This document shows, piece after piece, positions 10,585 to 24,133 of a DNA stretch of 64,000 bases (positions are counted from its first letter, which is position 1; each line of letters opens with the position of its first letter). The notes beneath the pieces were generated by a model, which was not told where the DNA came from, did no database searches, and saw only the letters and a program-made list of their open reading frames with translations. This DNA comes from Dicyema japonicum (taxonomy: Eukaryota > Animalia > Dicyemida), in NCBI GenBank assembly GCA_011109175.1, contig RDEW01000008.1, positions 129,228 to 193,227 on the forward strand, written 5' to 3'. The translations under genes were made by a program, and so were the position numbers.

Positions 10585-13275
10585 GTTGTTAGCGTGGTGT
10601 CATTGGCTCACCAGAAATAATGTCACCCATTCCGAAAAGGAACGAAAAGAGCAACAGCTTCTCCCCACCGTCCGGTGGTCCTCTCAACTTGTATGTCTTC
10701 GACCTATCTGATGTCGCCATTTGTCCAGACTTCTGATTCTTTTATGTGGAGACGTCGAAACCAATCCTGGGCCATGGAGAGATTTGGCAATTATTCAACT
10801 GAATACGAATGGGATCAGGAGGAAAATCTTTGAACTCCGGGCACTCCTCCGCGAAAATGGGGCTGATCTCGCTTTAATACAGGAGTCCAAGCTATCTACT
10901 TCCACACCAACACCCTTTTTTCCCGGATACACAGTGATCCATAAAGATGGTCTAAGAGGACGCGGAGGAGGACTACTTACTATTATAAAGAACGATATTC
11001 CCTTTATAGATACAACTCAACGAACCTCAGAGCTAATTGGCACCGACAAGACTTTGGAGCAGATTACTGTCGAAATCGAGTTATTCCCGTCCTTTTGGAT
11101 CCATTTGGCTAATTTATATATTCCTCCACAAGGATCGTGTCCGACATCTTACATCCCTGATTTATCACGCATTTCAAAATCTATTGTTATGTATGGATCT
11201 TAATGCACGACATCCAGTTTGGCTCATTTCTCAATCCTCTGATAACCGAGGAGAACTCATTGCAAATTATTTTCCTGACCTTATTATACTGAACAACCCT
11301 AACTCACATACGAGGACTCCATTAAGGATGACTGATAGCTGCACATCCCCCGACTTAACATTATGCTCACCTTCACTGGGTGGACAACAACACAACACTT
11401 TCCTGGAACTTCTTTTACGGTTTCTCCCGTGACCACAATCCAATCCTTTTAAAATTGAGAGGTCTTCGACGATACAAAAGACGGCCGGAGGAATCAAAAA
11501 GATTCAAGGATTATACGAAGGTAGACTGGTCCGATTTCAGTAACCTTGTGGATAAATTCTTGGCCGGAGATTATCCTCACCAATACGCTCTATTGATGAG
11601 GCCGCAGAAATTATCAGCGCTGCCATTCAGAAAGCTGACCATATTTTTATTCCTGTATACAAGACGTTTACTCCTACCCTCAGCTATTATACAATAAGTC
11701 TTATAAAACAAAGAGACCGGTTGCTGAGATGTTATCTGATGGACCTGGAGTCCTTGACAGCCTCAGACAACTAAATAAAAGGATCTGTCAGAGCATAAAA
11801 ACAAGGACAAGAGATGGCAGCATCTAGTTAACCACCTCGACAGGAAAAGTTCATCCCGACATTTCTGGAAAACTCTTAAACAAGTCAAGTCGGAGCTGGA
11901 TGATGCAGACGGAACCGGAAAGCTTTCTCCTGAACACTTATGCCACTTACATCCTAACACCCTTATGAAACATTACGCTGGAATTAGCTTCAAACCTTCT
12001 CTAAACACCTGGACATTAGGGTGCGTGCCCATAAACCGAAGAAGGAACCTTACCACGAACAATTCTCAGATGACCAAGTCTTGGATAATATCACCAGATT
12101 AAAGAGCAGCTCACCGTGCGGGCCTGACAAAGTATCTTCTATTCACCTAAAACACCTAAGCCACTACGCAATTGGCTACCTCACGCAAATATACAATCTG
12201 TCCATTAACTATAATATTATTCCAAGATTTGATAGAATTCTATCATCAGACCGATATTGAAAGCTGGGAAAAAAGAGACAGAACCTGCCTCCTTCAGGCC
12301 TATCTCCGTTACCAGCACACTGTCAAAAATTATGGAGAAACTTGTATTATCAGTCATTATTCCATATCTTCCACGTCTATATTTCAACATGGTTTCCTCC
12401 GCGGTAGGTCCACCGCTACATACTTGGCTATCCTATCGCAGTTCATTGCCGACGATTTTAACACCCATCCCCGCCTCACAAAAGCACAATCTTGCTTTCT
12501 ATTGACATCAAAAAAGCTTTTGACATTGTTTCGAGAAAAATCCTGGTAGGAAAAATAATTTCTACTAATATTCGTCCGAATGTGAAATTATGGATGGCCA
12601 ACATTTTTCTGAAAGAAGTGGAAGAGTAGTCAGTAGTGATCTCAGATCTAGATCACGATTACTACCGAACGGGGTACCACAGGGGTCTCCACTTTCACTA
12701 ATTCTATTCAACTTATTCCTACACGACAAACCTAATGATGGAGACGAAGACTCCCTCCTATTATCCTACGCAGACGATGTAGTCATTGCATTACGGAACC
12801 GTTCGACGCAAGTCACATCTTTAAAGACTCAGCAAAATTGATCATTCTCCACAATTGGATTGTTGGCAATCGACTTACAATTTCTGCAACCAAGTCTATT
12901 TGTACTATTTTCACTTCGGACCGTCGTTCTAAGGATGAACCGAGTATCTTTATTGGCCCTACTCGGATTTCAGTGACAATGTCTCCCACTGTCCTTGGAG
13001 TCAAGTACGACTGTCTATTTAATTTAACTCCCACGCAAAAACATGATTACCAAGGGCCTCCAGAAAATTAAAGTTTTACGCGCCTTGTCCGGAAGACCCC
13101 GCTAAATATGGACTTTTCTGTTTCTACCCTCTACCAGCAAACAATCGCGCCAGCCGTTGAGTATGCCTCTGTTGCATGGAGATTCGCACTATCGGAGACT
13201 AGGATCACCTAACTGTTTGACTCTTTTGTCTTTCTTTCTCGGTGTTCCCGGGGTTATTAAAAATAAAATAAAAAA
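10585..13275 (+). mobile_element. Ingi-like LINE copy A: 2A-like peptide, APE and RT; about 325-bp deletion before the 3' end
   Basis: Motifs LLCGDVETNPGP, IIQLNTNG, LIQESK, DLNA, DHNPI, SSPCGPD, FRPISVTS, IDIKKAFD, GVPQGSPLS, YADD. The 3' tail CTTTCTCGGTGTTCCCGGGGTTATTAAAA is shared with about 60500. Frameshifted. Confidence 0.9.
10721..10774 (+). other. 2A-like ribosome stop-go motif (SRLLILLCGDVETNPGP)
   Basis: Matches D(V/I)ExNPG/P immediately N-terminal to the APE domain. Confidence 0.8.
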
Positions 13276-13569
13276 CCATTGTAGTTAATGGCCGATTCCC
13301 GTTTTCCTTGTACAAGTTGTTCGCATCTAGCAGCTAACATAATCATTGGTCCCATTTCCGATTCTTGCTTCTTAAAAACTTTATCCCAACGACAACAAAA
13401 ATATTGATCTTAGAAACTTATTAAACAAACCTCTCTAGGACAAAATTATCATATACCAGGACCTATCAAAGATAAGACTAGGAACCGGTTATAAAAAAAC
13501 AGTTTAAGAAGTTCGACCCCGACGGTTTAACCTCCAACTTGTTGGTCTGTAATAACTTTCTTAGATTTT

Positions 13570-14140
13570 ACTTTTTCGGTAAGACTACAGTACACCAAAC
13601 TTAACTACTCACGTGACCAGAGACTTCATCTTGGTCCGATGCTCCTCCCTAGATCCCACAGATACACATACTGGACGTAATAACTGGATGTTTTTATTAT
13701 TTTTATTTTAAAATACTAAGACTAAAAGAAAGAATGGTTAACTCATTAAGTAGGTGATCCCAGCCAACTTAATCTCACGAATTCTCCTTGAATGTTCTCT
13801 CAGCTGCCCTCCGGAAGTGCCTTCATTTGTGTCTGCAGATGAACTCTTTCGGAGTACACTTCTTAGTTGTCGATCTGAATTCCTCTACATGACTTCCCTT
13901 TCTCTGAATGGGTTTCCTATTCCCTTGCAGATATGAAGAAAGCCCTTGCGAATTATCAACGTCGCCGCCTCTGAAAGGAGAATGAAGATAAATATGATGT
14001 CAGAATACATATGCCGCATGATTTTCCACTAGAGAGAGTTTATAGTTCGACTCTCGAAGAAAGAAGACCGAATTTTCAGGCATAACGGGTAAGAAGACCG
14101 AATTTCAGGAATAATTCACTTCTCGGCAAATAACTTGAAG
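13570..14140 (-). mobile_element. Two short LINE 3'-end fragments
   Basis: 13580-13680 resembles 50770-50900. The reverse complement of 13750-13940 reads ICKGIGNPFRE..REHSRRIREIKLAGIT, similar to the C-terminus of the Ingi-like copy B (LCEEDGNPLR..HRRRMAQVIAKTGIT*). Confidence 0.6.
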
Positions 14141-14529
14141 ATATGAATGCTTATTGTTTAGTTTTTTAATTATTTAGAACCAAGGATCACCAACAAAACA
14201 ATGGTGAGTAGGGCCGTTAGGCGATCCCGGCCTTTTTTTCGGTGTTCTCCCCCGAGTGCCGACACATTTCCGTGAGGACGAATGACTTTTTTGGAGGTTT
14301 AGAGGTTTTGGCAGAGTTCCCGTATTCCTCACGAGTTCTTTGAACGGGTTGGTTTAATATCGAGGAGGAAGATCTTTGTAGGGTCTTTGTACTGTCTCTT
14401 GGAAGGAGTTTCTTTAGGTTGGCGTGAGATATGTTAGTACTCAATCCGCGCAGAAGTAGCTGATCGAGTTGCATCATTTAATTAATTAAAAGCAGATTAT
14501 AATAAAATATTTATGAAACTCAAATAAGA

Positions 14530-14700
14530 AATAAGGACCTAAAAGCCATAGGCAGGAGTTGAAAACAATGGATGACCTCGATGAACTAAGAAATCTTGCG
14601 AAACGGAGAGGCCATTGGATGCGATTGGTGCAAAGGGTGGCCGGCGCGGCACAAGGGAACCTTAAGTGACTTTTGTTTTTATGTGTTCTCGGCAGTGCTG
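14530..14700 (+). mobile_element. RTE-like LINE extreme 3' fragment
   Basis: DLKAIGRS..MDDLDELRNLAKRRGHWMRLVQRV resembles the RTE C-termini at about 24150, 29800 and 37620. Confidence 0.65.
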
Positions 14701-14849
14701 ATAATAATAATAATAATAATAATAAATAAGAATTAAAAATTAAAAAAAATATATTAATTTTTTTATAATATGGAAACACCATCATTGTATGCATTATGCA
14801 TTAATAATATCCGACAAAACTTTGAAGAAAAAAATATATAAAATTAAAC

Positions 14850-15510
14850 GACAAGTCTAAAAAAATGTTTTCCAAAAGAATCCTTAATGAACTGAAATAT
14901 TTGAATTCACGACCAGAGAAAGTTCTATCTTTTCAAGATTCAAGTTAATATAGAATTTCGGATGTAGTACAGAAGGATATTTTTACATTGAATTGACTGG
15001 TGAAGATGTTGACGTTAAGGACGTTGTTAAGATGATTCAAGTTTATCCAAATTTATCCAATATTAAAATAAGAAGGATTGTTTCATCAGAAAAGATTTCC
15101 TGTACTGCCAATTTCCCCGAATGAGGTCAAATCATTCACACTCTTGCATTATGATGACCCAGATTTGCTACATCAGCTATTTATGACTGGTTTTAGAAAA
15201 ATAAGGTCCCTCAACCTTTCTCGAGTGCATAGAACAACGACCATTTATAACTATACACTTAAAATAATTGATAAACTGGAACGCATAAATTTTTACAACG
15301 TCTTAATTTCTGATTTTGCAGAATTTACTGAAAGTATTAACAGTCCGAGTCTTTAAAGTTTGATTTTCTCTCAAATCTAGTCATTTTTTGCATACAAGTG
15401 ATGGATACATGTCGGGATATGATTGTAATTTCATCTCACTATTCAAAAAGACCGAAAATCTTACTTTTGTAGATTTATCAGGATATTCTATCGACGAGAA
15501 ATATTAAGCG
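14850..15510 (+). pseudogene. Possible leucine-rich-repeat-like gene or pseudogene
   Basis: LRR-like strings IRSLNLS, LERINF and NLTFVDLSGYSID, interrupted by stops. Confidence 0.3.
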
Positions 15511-16974
15511 ACTTAACTGAGTTATTTATATTAACAATTTTAGCCAATTTGCAAAAAAAGGATTGGAAAAATTTCAATTTAATTTGATTTTAAATTTCAA
15601 TAAGAATATAACCAATTCGGTATATTTATAAAATAATATAGAATGATCCGGAATCAATTTTAAATAACCTTGTGAGGTCTATTTTACATTTCGAATATAA
15701 AATAAACTTATCAATTGAAACCACTGTAGAAATTTCTAAAATGAATTTCAGAATTCAAAAAAACTTATTAAATAAATTTTTTTAAAGTATTTTGAAGGTT
15801 TAGTTTAGTTTATTCGTAAGAATAAATATTATCTGGTATGTATTTCATCCATTATGTAATTTAATATGATTATTATAGAGAAATTTTAATTAACATAATC
15901 AAGAACCAACCAATTTCGTATGCTTGTAGCTGGTATTAGAGAAAATTATATTTTAGTATTATTTATGATATTTTTCTTGAGCTCATTGATGAATATTAAG
16001 ATGTTAAAAATGATGTATCAGTATTGTAATTTTAGCATTCTTTTCATTGTTTACAATTATTGTGCTGTTTTAGACCCTGGGAAATATCTATATTTGTAGT
16101 TATTGCTCATTTTAGTTTCCTGCACTGTCATTCTTGCTAACACAAATGGGTGATTGGTACGACGTCGAAACTGATCATTATAATTGTTGCCCCTATATTA
16201 TGAAAAGTACGAGTATCGAGTTTCTAGCCTATCTTGGATATTCCGGTCTTGTCAATGTTTGAAAGACATAATACTTTTATTTATGTTTGAGGATTTCAAA
16301 AACTTCGAATTTTATATATACACTATTCCTCTCGTCAATTATTGAGAAAGACCGATCTAATAAATTATTTATTGTAATATTGTTGGTTTATTAAGAAGAG
16401 AAATGGATTTTGCTTTGTTCAATTTCCATGATCACTATATAATTTCGAGTTCTCTCTGTTTGTTATTGAATGACCCAAATGATGTTTTGTCAACATTTAT
16501 TAATTCTGATTTCAGTGATCTGAATCCACAAGAACACATTCTAAATAAAATTGTTCATTTTATAGGAAAATACCCTTATGAAGCCTACTGTGATAAGAGG
16601 TTATTGTCAATTTTTTATGGTGAGATCGTTGAAGTCAACAATAAATTTATTAAATATGAACTTAGATGAACGAATTTGGCTTTGGGCTGTCTGGGAATGT
16701 GCTAATTTAACAACATTAGAACGTTTTTTTTATTTTTACAATAGCACGTGTATTTATGGCCAAGTTAATTCCACATGACATTATCATAAAAATTGAGAAT
16801 GTATGCTTACTATCCAAAATGAAAGAGATTCATCACTATGCCGAGATTTTTCGAAGGAATTACAATGTTGTCATTTTTATAATTTTAGAACTACGTTGAT
16901 GACCATTAAGATTATTTAAGTGATTATTTTATTAATTTACTGATTATTATTTCGCATTGTAGATTAGTCATAAT

Positions 16975-17218
16975 TAGGCTCACCACTTTATTATTCTAGA
17001 ATTCCGGACAGTTATTGATTTTGATAATCAAAATTTGTGTCTTTCGGGACTAAATTTTTTCACGGAAAATCAAGAAAATATATTTATTTAAAATTATCTA
17101 AGAAAGTCTATTGTATTTTGAACTGAATGAACTTTATCTAGAAATTTTTGATCATCAATTTGATAATCCTGGACATTCCGGGACTGTCCCGGCTAATCCG
17201 GGAAGGATATTAAACCTA
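16975..17218. mobile_element. 244-bp hAT-type MITE with perfect 8-bp TSD
   Basis: Termini TAGG...CCTA are flanked by GTCATAAT at 16967-16974 and 17219-17226. The interior has CCGGGACTGTCCCGG and CCGGAC-type subterminal motifs. Confidence 0.75.
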
Positions 17219-17385
17219 GTCATAATAACTCATAAAAAACTTTAAATTACTAAGATTTTAAATTTTTTAATTAAAAAAATTTTCTAGGTTGGATTGGATG
17301 AAAGTGATGATTCCTTTATAATTGCATGAAAATGTGTGATTAATTTAAATTTTAAAAATTCATATAAAAAACAACTTTTTAGTAC

Positions 17386-17550
17386 CGGACACTCCTCCAT
17401 GTTCGAACCAGGGAAAAGACTAGATGCGATAACCATCTTGTCTGGGAGATCACCTGCATCTAATCAAGAGTGCCTCTGGAGCATGTTCTGCTACTGAGAA
17501 GGTTTAGGTTGAAACAAACAAAGTACGCGTTCTCCCAATGGTTTTTTGTT
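17386..17550 (+). mobile_element. Multiply deleted CRE-like C-terminal fragment
   Basis: CCGGACAC.CCTCCATGTTCGAACCAG, CTTGTCTGGGA and AGAGTGCCTCT.GAGCATGTTCTGC match 28010-28200. Confidence 0.7.
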
Positions 17551-18399
17551 TGTTATTTTGAAACAGATGGTATCCTGATCACATTAAAAAAACGCACTTT
17601 ATAAATTTTAAAATCAGATTGATAAAATTATAGACTTTGTTATTTAAAATGTGTAAATTTAAATTAATATTGAAAAACTATTTAATACTTGGGTTATATT
17701 GGTTAAAGTGATTTATCGCTTATAGTGAAGCAAAATCAGATTTTGTTTGATTTCACTATTAACGCTTTACATCAGGTATTTCAAAACTTGATGTTTGATC
17801 ACAATTGTTATATTTTGCGTTTTGGAGCGTTACCATATTATTCCCGTTGTAGTAGGCTTGCAAATTAATAAATAAACTTCAATAAGATTAAGATTTTTCA
17901 GATTCGTCAGTGCGGCTTCGCATAAAGCCTTTTGAGTTTTACATACCTGCTCACACTGTATATGAACAGTAGACGACGGAATACAGTCAGAAATTATATT
18001 TTGGTGACGATTTATGTGGAATAAGGAAGTATCTAAAACCGGTATTTCATATCAAGTTATTTCTATCAAAACATTAAAAAAAACGACATATTTCTATCGG
18101 AGTCGTGCTCAAATGATTTTTTGCGTAATCCAAAAAAGACAAGTTTTATAACCTCCAAGTCTAGTTGGAACCAAGGGAAGAATAAATATCCAGTTTTGCA
18201 GCTGTGAAAATCCCTCCACATGTGTCTGTTATTATATTACGAAACGACGGACTATAAAGGTGGTACACGAAGTTTACTTAAATTACTGAATTTCACTTGT
18301 CCACAGATTAGCAATTGAATATTACACTCCCCGTTTGTTGATAACCGATTTACTTCGGAGACTGACTAGCCACTCGATATTCTTTTAGAAGATGGGGTA

Positions 18400-19260
18400 A
18401 CTCTCAAAAAGTCCTAAAGCCAATAAGATCATTTTTTCTCTGACTATTGGACATCATCTCCCGTTTTGCTAGAGTAATGAATTTATACCAAAGTGATCTT
18501 TCATTAATAGGGAAACCATAAGTCAACTGAAGTTATTTGTTTAATTTGATTGTAAAAATGATATTAAGAAATATATTTTAATAACTTGAGGTTTTCGATG
18601 TATTCTGAGTCCATCAGTGGGATCTATAAGTAGCAAAAAGAGTCAAGTACCACGGAGGCATCAAAAAAGGATCAGTCGGTTTTCCGACTTGATTGGATCA
18701 TTCGCTGATGACGTTCTCACCGACATGGTTCTGGATGGACAATTCTACTGTGGGAGATTCTTCCAAATTATTTCATTTTAAGTAATAAGTATTCGAACTC
18801 GGTCACGGAAAGGAGTCTCTCGCTACCACCATGAAGACCAACATTCGTTCTTTTTTGGGAGGTATCCACATTCCCAGTTGTCCTATGGCTTCTAACTGTA
18901 CGAGGGAGACACGTTGTCAGAACTAAGAAGTCGAAGTGCTCCGTCTCAAGAGAACTGTTCGGTTAAAGTTAATCGAAGGTGGTATCTGCGCAGTCATCAG
19001 GGCACTTTCCTTGAGTAGACCACAAAAACCGACTCCATACGCCTATTTTTACTGACAACAAGGATCCACTGCCACCTCAAAATTTACGCCAGTCGCTCCC
19101 AATCAGGAGTGAGTCCTCTGATTGCATCAAACGATGAACTTATCCTCGCAATACGGAATTTTGTCCCTAGTAGTGGCGGGCTCGACGGAATGAGACCTGG
19201 TTACCTAAGGATCTAACCTCTTTATCCGTAGAAGGCCCCGCATATGCAACACTCAAAGAA
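18400..19260 (+). mobile_element. CRE-clade non-LTR element, N-terminal/pre-RT part (reiterated in each array unit)
   Basis: KLIEGG..AIIRALS..DELILAIRNF..SSGGLDGMRPGYL.DL corresponds to the CRE-type xAIxSFxxGSxGGPDGLRPQHLKDL region. The 5' boundary is uncertain. Confidence 0.7.
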
Positions 19261-22200
19261 ACAATTTTTTATAGTTAGTCTTTTCCAGTCTGAAGTGTCG
19301 ATCTAGGTCGTATTAAATTACACTAAATGTGAAATCTACAATTGCGGATTTTCAGAAAAAAAGTATTCAAAAGCTTTGTCATGCTTTGGAAAATTACTGC
19401 CTGCAAGTATTTCCACACCCTATAAAAAATTATATTCCTCGGATCCCCAATCACCATAAATCTAATGGGAAGAGCTATGCGTGAAAATCGATTGTTATTC
19501 GGAAAGACTCTGGATCGCTTGTGTCTACTTGACATGCATACAGCATTATTCCTCCTGAAAAATAGTCTCAACGTACAGAGGCTTGCATATGTCCTGAGGA
19601 CTGCTTCCTATTTCACCCAGTGTGACCAACTCGCAAAGATTAACGAGATCTCCCTTACGGCAGTGGAACGTATCTTAAACGTCCGGTTCAAGGATTACTC
19701 ATGGAAGAAAGCCACGCAGCCAGTGAGACTAGGAGGACTTGGAATTCGGAACCCTGTGGACCTTTCTCTCCCTTCATACCTATCATCGCTAATGGCCTGT
19801 AACTCACATGTCAAGAGGATTCTACACTCTCTACCTGAATTCTCTATTGACAAGTACGCCGGCCATGCTTGTGAGGCTTGGAACCGCACTTATCAGCTTT
19901 CCCTGTTTTCATCGTTCTCTCAGCGAGACGATACTATTTGCTGGAAATTATTCAAAGATTTGCTAGTGTCACCTAGCCAACATCGCCGTGCCTGTTTGTT
20001 GTAGGGAGCGTATTCCGAGAGCGGTGCCTGGGTCAACGCCATTTCCAATGGAGTTCTGGGTACCTTCCTGGATTATGAATGCGTCCGTATTAGGATCTCA
20101 TTACGACTGGGATTATAAGTCGTGTTCCACATCAATAAGTCAAGTGAAGTTATTTGTTTAATTTGATTGTAAAATAATATTAAGAAATATATTTTAATAA
20201 CTTGAGGTTTTCGATGTATTCTGAGTCCATCAGTGGGATCTATAAGTAGCAAAAAGAGTCAAGTACCACGAAGGCATCAAAAAAGGATCAGTCGGTTTTC
20301 CCGACTTGATTGGATCATTCGCTGATGACGTTCTCACCGACATGGTTCTGGATGGACAATTCTACTGTGGGAGATTCTTCCAAATTATTTCATTTTAAGT
20401 AATAAGTATTCGAACTCGGTCACGGAAAGGAGTCTCTCGCTACCACCATGAAGACCAACATTCGTTCTTTTTTGATGGTATCCACATTCCCAGTTGTCCT
20501 ATGGCTTCTAACTGTACGAGGGAGACACGTTGTCAGAACGAAGAAGTCGAAGTGCTCCGTCTCAAGAGAACTGTTCGGTTAAAGTTAATCGAAGGTGGTA
20601 CCTGCGCAATCATCAGGGCACTTTCCTTGAGTAGACCACAAAAACCGACTCCATACGCCTACAATATTTTACTGAACAAGGATCCACTGCCACCTCAAAA
20701 TTTACGCCAAGTCGCTCCCCAATCAGGAGTGAGTCCCCTGATTGCATCAAACGATGAACTTATCCTCGCAATACGGAATTTTGTCCCTAGTAGTGGCGGG
20801 CTCGACGGAATGAGACCTGGTTACCTAAGGATCTAACCTCTTTATCCGTAGAAGGCCCCGCATATGCAACACTCAAAGAAACAATTTTTATAGTTAGTCT
20901 TTTCCAGTCTGAAGTGTCGATCTAGGTCGTATTAAATTACACTAAATGTGAAATCTACAATTGCGGATTTTCAGAAAAAAAGTATTCAAAAGCTTTGTCA
21001 TGCTTTGGAAAATTACTGCCTGCAAGTATTTCCACACCCTATAAAAAATTATATTCCTCGGATCCCCAATCACCATAAATCTAATGGGAAGAGCTATGCG
21101 TGAAAATCGATTGTTATTCGGAAAGACTCTGGATCGCTTGTGTCTACTTGACATGCATACAGCATTATTCCTCCTGAAAAATAGTCTCAACGTACAGAGG
21201 CTTGCATATGTCCTGAGGACTGCTTCCTATTTCACCCAGTGTGACCAACTCGCAAAGATTAACGAGATCTCCCTTACGGCAGTGGAACGTATCTTAAACG
21301 TCCGGTTCAAGGATTACTCATGGAAGAAAGCCACGCAGCCAGTGAGACTAGGAGGACTTGGAATTCGGAACCCTGTGGACCTTTCTCTCCCTTCATACCT
21401 ATCATCGCTAATGGCCTGTAACTCACATGTCAAGAGGATTCTACACTCTCTACCTGAATTCTCTATTGACAAGTACGCCGGCCATGCTTGTGAGGCTTGG
21501 AACCGCACTTATCAGCTTTCCCTGTTTTCATCGTTCTCTCAGCGAGACGATACTATTTGCTGGAAATTATTCAAAGATTTGCTAGTGTCACCTAGCCAAC
21601 ATCGCCGTGCCTGTTTGTTGTAGGGAGCGTATTCCGAGAGCGGTGCCTGGGTCAACGCCATTTCCAATGGAGTTCTGGGTACCTTCCTGGATTATGAATG
21701 CGTCCGTATTAGGATCTCATTACGACTGGGATTATAAGTCGTGTTCCACATCAATAAGTCAAGTGAAGTTATTTGTTTAATTTGATTGTAAAAATGATAT
21801 TAAGAAATATATTTTAATAACTTGAGGTTTTCGATGTATTCTGAGTCCATCAGTGGGATCTATAAGTAGCAAAAAAGAGTCAAGTACCACGAAGGCATCA
21901 AAAAAGGATCAGTCGGTTTTCCCGACTTGATTGGATCATTCGCTGATGACGTTCTCACCGACATGGTTCTGGATGGACAATTCTACTGTGGGAGATTCTT
22001 CCAAATTATTTCATTTTAAGTAATAAGTATTCGAACTCGGTCACGGAAAGGAGTCTCTCGCTACCACCATGAAGACCAACATTCGTTCTTTTTTGATGGT
22101 ATCCACATTCCCAGTTGTCCTATGGCTTCTAACTGTACGAGGGAGACACGTTGTCAGAACGAAGAAGTCGAAGTGCTCCGTCTCAAGAGAACTGTTCGGT

Positions 22201-24133
22201 TAAAGTTAATCGAAGGTGGTACCTGCGCAATCATCAGGGCACTTTCCTTGAGTAGACCACGAAAACCGACTCCATACGCCTACAATATTTTACTGAACAA
22301 GGATCCACTGCCACCTCAAAATTTACGCCAAGTCGCTCCCCAATCAGGAGTGAGTCCCCTGATTGCATCAAACGATGAACTTATCCTCGCAATACGGAAT
22401 TTTGTCCCTAGTAGTGGCGGGCTCGACGGAATGAGACCTGGTTACCTAAGGATCTAACCTCTTTATCCGTAGAAGGCCCCGCATATGCAACACTCAAAGA
22501 AACAATTTTTATAGTTAGTCTTTTCCAGTCTGAAGTGTCGATCTAGGTCGTATTAAATTACACTAAATGTGAAATCTACAATTGCGGATTTTCAGAAAAA
22601 AAGTATTCAAAAGCTTTGTCATGCTTTGGAAAATTACTGCCTGCAAGTATTTCCCACACCCTATAAAAAATTATATTCCTCGGATCCCAATCACCATAAA
22701 TCTAATGGGAAGAGCTATGCGTGAAAATCGATTGTTATTCGGAAAGACTCTGGATCGCTTGTGTCTACTTGACATGCATACAGCATTATTCCTCCTGAAA
22801 AATAGTCTCAACGTACAGAGGCTTGCATATGTCCTGAGGACTGCTTCCTATTTCACCCAGTGTGACCAACTCGCAAAGATTAACGAGATCTCCCTTACGG
22901 CAGTGGAACGTATCTTAAACGTCCGGTTCAAGGATTACTCATGGAAGAAAGCCACGCAGCCAGTGAGACTAGGAGGACTTGGAATTCGGAAACCCTGTGG
23001 ACCTTTCTCTCCCTTCATACCTATCATCGCTAATGGCCTGTAACTCACATGTCAAGAGGATTCTACACTCTCTACCTGAATTCTCTATTGACAAGTACGC
23101 CGGCCATGCTTGTGAGGCTTGGAACCGCACTTATCAGCTTTCCCTGTTTTCATCGTTCTCTCAGCGAGACGATACTATTTGCTGGAAATTATTCAAAGAT
23201 TTGCTAGTGTCACCTAGCCAACATCGCCGTGCCTGTTTGTTGTAGGGAGCGTATTCCGAGAGCGGTGCCTGGGTCAACGCCATTTCCAATGGAGTTCTGG
23301 GTACCTTCCTGGATTATGAATGCGTCCGTATTAGGATCTCATTACGACTGGGATTATAAGTCGTGTTCCACATCAATAAGTCAAGTGAAGTTATTTGTTT
23401 AATTTGATTGTAAAAATGATATTAAGAAATATATTTTAATAACTTGAGGTTTTCGATGTATTCTGAGTCCATCAGTGGGATCTATAAGTAGCAAAAAGAG
23501 TCAAGTACCACGAAGGCATCAAAAAAGGATCAGTCGGTTTTCCCGACTTGATTGGATCATTCGCTGATGACGTTCTCACCGACATGGTTCTGGATGGACA
23601 ATTCTACTGTGGGAGATTCTTCCAAATTATTTCATTTTAAGTAATAAGTATTCGAACTCGGTCACGGAAAGGAGTCTCTCGCTACCACCATGAAGACCAA
23701 CATTCGTTCTTTTTTGATGGTATCCACATTCCAGTTGTCCTATGGCTTCTAACTGTACGAGGGAGACACGTTATCAGAACTAAGAAGTCGAAGTGCTCCG
23801 TCTCAAGAGAACTGTTCGGTTAAGTTAATCGAAGGTGGTACCTGCGCAGTCATCAGGGCACTTTCCTTGAGTAGACCACAAAAACCGACTCCATACGCCT
23901 ATAATATTTTACTGAACAAGGATCCACTGCCACCTCAAAATTTACGCCAAGTCGCTCCCCAATCAGGAGTGAGTCCCCTGATTGCATCAAACGATGAACT
24001 TATCCTCGCAATACGGAATTTTGTCCTAGTAGTGGAATGAGACCTGGTTACCTAAGGATCTAACCTCTTTATCCGTAGAAGGCCCCGCATATGCAACACT
24101 CAAAGAAACAATTTTTATAGTTAGTCTTTTCCA
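18518..24133 (+). repeat. Tandem array of about 1.62-kb chimeric CRE/RTE units (3 full copies plus about half a copy)
   Basis: Unit starts ATAAGTCAA.TGAAGTTATTTG at 18518, 20135, 21754 and 23376. The same 179-aa and 111-aa ORFs recur at that period. Confidence 0.97.
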
